The position numbers were made by a program, and so were the translations under genes. From an uncultured Rikenellaceae bacterium (GTDB taxonomy: Bacteria > Bacteroidota > Bacteroidia > Bacteroidales > VadinHA17): a stretch of 55,481 bases of DNA. Shown piece after piece: positions 53,055-55,481 of this stretch. The stretch is from the NCBI GenBank assembly GCA_964555805.1, contig CAZKTX010000001.1, positions 1 to 55,481 on the forward strand, in the 5' to 3' direction. Below the pieces are notes generated by a model. The model did not search any database. It saw only the letters and a list, made by a program, of their open reading frames with translations, and was not told where the DNA came from. Numbering within the stretch: the first letter of the stretch is position 1; each line of letters opens with the position of its first letter.

Positions 53055-55481
53055 CTATTCAGCAGGCGGCAGTTCAGGCTCCTTCTTCTTGAGTATCTTA
53101 ATCTTTATCTCCGATTTTACGGAGTTGAATCCGACATTAATTATGTCACCCTCCCTGAGTTCAGCTTTTATAAGAACCTCAGCCATGGGATCCTCCAGGT
53201 ATTTCTGGATTGCCCGCTTCAACGGCCTGGCGCCATAATTGGCATCAAATCCCCTTTCAGCAATATAGTCACGGGCTGCAGTTGCAATCTTGAGCTGGTA
53301 ACCAAGAGATTTCACCCTGTCGTACAATCCCTGTAATTCAAGGTCGATGATCTTGTTAATCTCCTCTTTTCCAAGAGAATTGAACATAATAACGTCATCG
53401 ATCCTGTTAAGGAATTCTGGAGCAAATGTCTTCTGCAAAGCTTTTTGCAGTATGCTTTTTGCCTGCTCGTCACGTGTGGCTTTCTTTGCACTTGTATCAA
53501 AGCCAATACCATGACCGAACTCCGCCAGCTGACGTGTGCCGATATTTGATGTAAGAATGACGATTGTATTGCGGAAGTCAACTCTTCGTCCGAGGCTGTC
53601 GGTAAGCTGTCCCTCATCGAGCACCTGGAGCAGAATGTGGAATACATCGGGATGAGCTTTTTCAATCTCATCAAGAAGCACAACCGAATAGGGTTTTCTT
53701 CTTACCTTTTCAGTAAGCTGTCCGCCTTCTTCATAACCCACGTATCCGGGAGGCGCTCCAACGAGCCGCGACACGGAGAATTTCTCCATGTACTCGCTCA
53801 TGTCAACCCTGATGAGGTTGTCGGTTGTGTCGAAAAGGAATTTGGCGAGCACCTTGGCAAGCTGTGTTTTACCAACCCCTGTCGGGCCGAGAAAGATAAA
53901 AGTGCCGATGGGTTTGTTAGGATCTTTCAATCCGGCCCTGTTTCGTTGAATTGATTTCACAACCTTGTTGATAGCTTCGGTCTGGCCAATTACGCTTCCG
54001 CTCAGTTCATCAGCCATCTTGAGCAGGCGGGTTCCTTCGGTCTGGGCGATTCGCTGGACAGGAACGCCCGTCATCATGGCAACAACTTCGGCAACCTTTT
54101 CCGCATCAACAGTCTCCCTGTTAATTGCAAGTTCCTTTTCCCACTTTTTCTTTTCCTGGTCAATCATGTCAAGCAGGTCTTTCTCCTTGTCGCGGAAGCT
54201 GGCAGCCTTCTCGAAATTCTGATTTTTAACTGCCATCATTTTTTCCTTCTTTGTATCCTCGAGCTGTTTCTCGAGCGAAAGGATCTTTTCAGGAACAACA
54301 ATATTGGAAATATGGACTCTTGAACCCGACTCATCGAGGGCATCTATCGCCTTGTCGGGAAGGTGCCTGTCTGAAATATATCTGTTTGTAAGCTTTACGC
54401 AGGCATCAATTGCATCATCGGTGTACATAACATTATGATGTTCTTCATACCTTTCCTTTATGTTATGCAGTATATGAATTGTCTCTTCTATAGAAGTAGG
54501 TTCAACCATAACCTTCTGGAATCTTCTTTCAAGTGCTCCGTCCTTTTCTATATGCTGGCGGTATTCATCGAGTGTTGTCGCACCGATGCACTGAATTTCG
54601 CCGCGCGCAAGAGCCGGCTTCAGCATATTTGCTGCATCCAGCGAACCTGTTGCGCCTCCTGCTCCGACAATAGTGTGGATCTCGTCGATGAACAGGATTA
54701 TATTATCATTTTTCGATAATTCGTTAAGGATGGCTTTCATTCTCTCCTCGAACTGACCGCGGTATTTTGTCCCTGCCACAATTGAAGCCAGATCGAGCGC
54801 CACTACTCTTTTATTAAAGAGCACCCTTGAGACATTCTTCTTTATTATCCTTAGTGCCAGTCCTTCGGCAATTGCTGATTTTCCGACTCCCGGCTCCCCG
54901 ATAAGCACAGGGTTGTTCTTTTTTCTCCTCGAGAGTATCTGCGCCAGACGTTCAATTTCCCTCTCACGGCCAACAACCGGGTCGAGTTTTCCGTCCTCTG
55001 CGGCTTTTGTAAGGTCGATCCCGAAATTATCGAGTACAGGAGTATCGGATGAAGGTTTTGAAGATGAAGAAGATGGCTGGCCCTTTCCGGTGCCACCGCC
55101 GCCAAATGACTGTCCTTCATCGTCCTCCTCCCTTGGAAAGTCGGCTTTTGCACTTGGCAAACCGGCTTCAACTGCTCTTCTGACTGCCTGATAATCGACA
55201 TCAAGTTCAGTCAGGAACCTTGTAACAAGGGCATTCTCATCCTTGAGTATAGCAAGAAGCAGATGTTCAGAGTCGATTACAGGACTCTTAAGAGACTTTG
55301 CTTCGAGATACACAAGTTTCAATATTCTTTCCGTGCTTCTCAACAACGGAACTATCTCTGTATCGGCCACAGATATCGGACTTTCTATTTTAATGCTTTT
55401 TTCAAGCGAGCCCTTAAGCACCAGCAGGTCTATGCCCTGGTTCAGCAGTATCTCAACTGCCACACCCTCTCCATCCCTCAG
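53055..55481 (-). CDS. clpC: ClpC/ClpB-type AAA+ chaperone (two nucleotide-binding domains (NBDs), UVR-like middle motif); N-terminus runs off the right edge
   Basis: Walker A motifs GEPGVGKSA and [11 protein letters not shown]. Middle region has [14 protein letters not shown] (UVR-like). The frame stays open beyond 55463 (…[13 protein letters not shown]), so the gene is partial. Confidence 0.9.
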   Translation of the reverse strand: MRDGEGVAVEILLNQGIDLLVLKGSLEKSIKIESPISVADTEIVPLLRSTERILKLVYLEAKSLKSPVIDSEHLLLAILKDENALVTRFLTELDVDYQAVRRAVEAGLPSAKADFPREEDDEGQSFGGGGTGKGQPSSSSSKPSSDTPVLDNFGIDLTKAAEDGKLDPVVGREREIERLAQILSRRKKNNPVLIGEPGVGKSAIAEGLALRIIKKNVSRVLFNKRVVALDLASIVAGTKYRGQFEERMKAILNELSKNDNIILFIDEIHTIVGAGGATGSLDAANMLKPALARGEIQCIGATTLDEYRQHIEKDGALERRFQKVMVEPTSIEETIHILHNIKERYEEHHNVMYTDDAIDACVKLTNRYISDRHLPDKAIDALDESGSRVHISNIVVPEKILSLEKQLEDTKKEKMMAVKNQNFEKAASFRDKEKDLLDMIDQEKKKWEKELAINRETVDAEKVAEVVAMMTGVPVQRIAQTEGTRLLKMADELSGSVIGQTEAINKVVKSIQRNRAGLKDPNKPIGTFIFLGPTGVGKTQLAKVLAKFLFDTTDNLIRVDMSEYMEKFSVSRLVGAPPGYVGYEEGGQLTEKVRRKPYSVVLLDEIEKAHPDVFHILLQVLDEGQLTDSLGRRVDFRNTIVILTSNIGTRQLAEFGHGIGFDTSAKKATRDEQAKSILQKALQKTFAPEFLNRIDDVIMFNSLGKEEINKIIDLELQGLYDRVKSLGYQLKIATAARDYIAERGFDANYGARPLKRAIQKYLEDPMAEVLIKAELREGDIINVGFNSVKSEIKIKILKKKEPELPPAE

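Overview
This is a chromosomal segment of Bacteroidota type, probably from an anaerobe. The taxonomic evidence is recurrent exact TAnnTTTG (-7) promoter boxes, rpmB-rpmG-DUF4295-ftsY-rimO synteny, Ser-type sulfatases with an anaerobic sulfatase-maturating enzyme (anSME), and almost no Shine-Dalgarno use. All family calls come from motifs read in the supplied translations; no database search was possible.

(i) 149-21945 is an all-minus-strand, tightly packed 18-gene block with no pathway I can assign, and it is the best candidate for an undescribed system. It holds three units:
- A 5-gene terpenoid-like operon: a ferredoxin-domain protein, a radical SAM enzyme, a DUF116::polyprenyl synthase fusion, a prenyltransferase-beta-like toroid, and a DxDD class II terpene cyclase.
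- A PQQ-like beta-propeller gene followed by a LytTR two-component pair.
- A 10-gene translationally coupled operon. It encodes a cytoplasmic NuoE-NuoF fusion with a 2Fe-2S/4Fe-4S partner (no hydrogenase subunit), a NapH/NosR-like polytopic Fe-S protein, a Tat-exported NapG-like poly-ferredoxin, a 60-aa Cys-rich peptide, an NHL-type propeller and four more PQQ-like propellers.

(ii) 22097-37472 is a sulfated-glycan locus. It has a membrane-anchored phosphotriesterase-like hydrolase, six tandem Ser-type sulfatases, an anSME with a SEC-C tail, a Tat-signal Gfo/Idh/MocA (GH109-like) oxidoreductase and a GH3. Two intergenic hairpin elements built from phased CACGGA hexamers lie in this locus.

(iii) 37501-43515 combines a CxxCH lipoprotein, a beta-barrel and a YceI protein with a propeller-sensor PP2C phosphatase. 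SiaB-like kinase and SiaC-like (DUF1987) genes converge on it, giving a Sia-type partner switch with no visible output domain.

(iv) 43611-55481 is housekeeping: mnmE, sucD, fabG, an M48 peptidase, tRNA-Thr(CGU), tRNA-Gly(CCC), cinA, rpmB, rpmG, DUF4295, ftsY, rimO and a partial clpC.

I saw no CRISPR array, transposase, integrase or rRNA.
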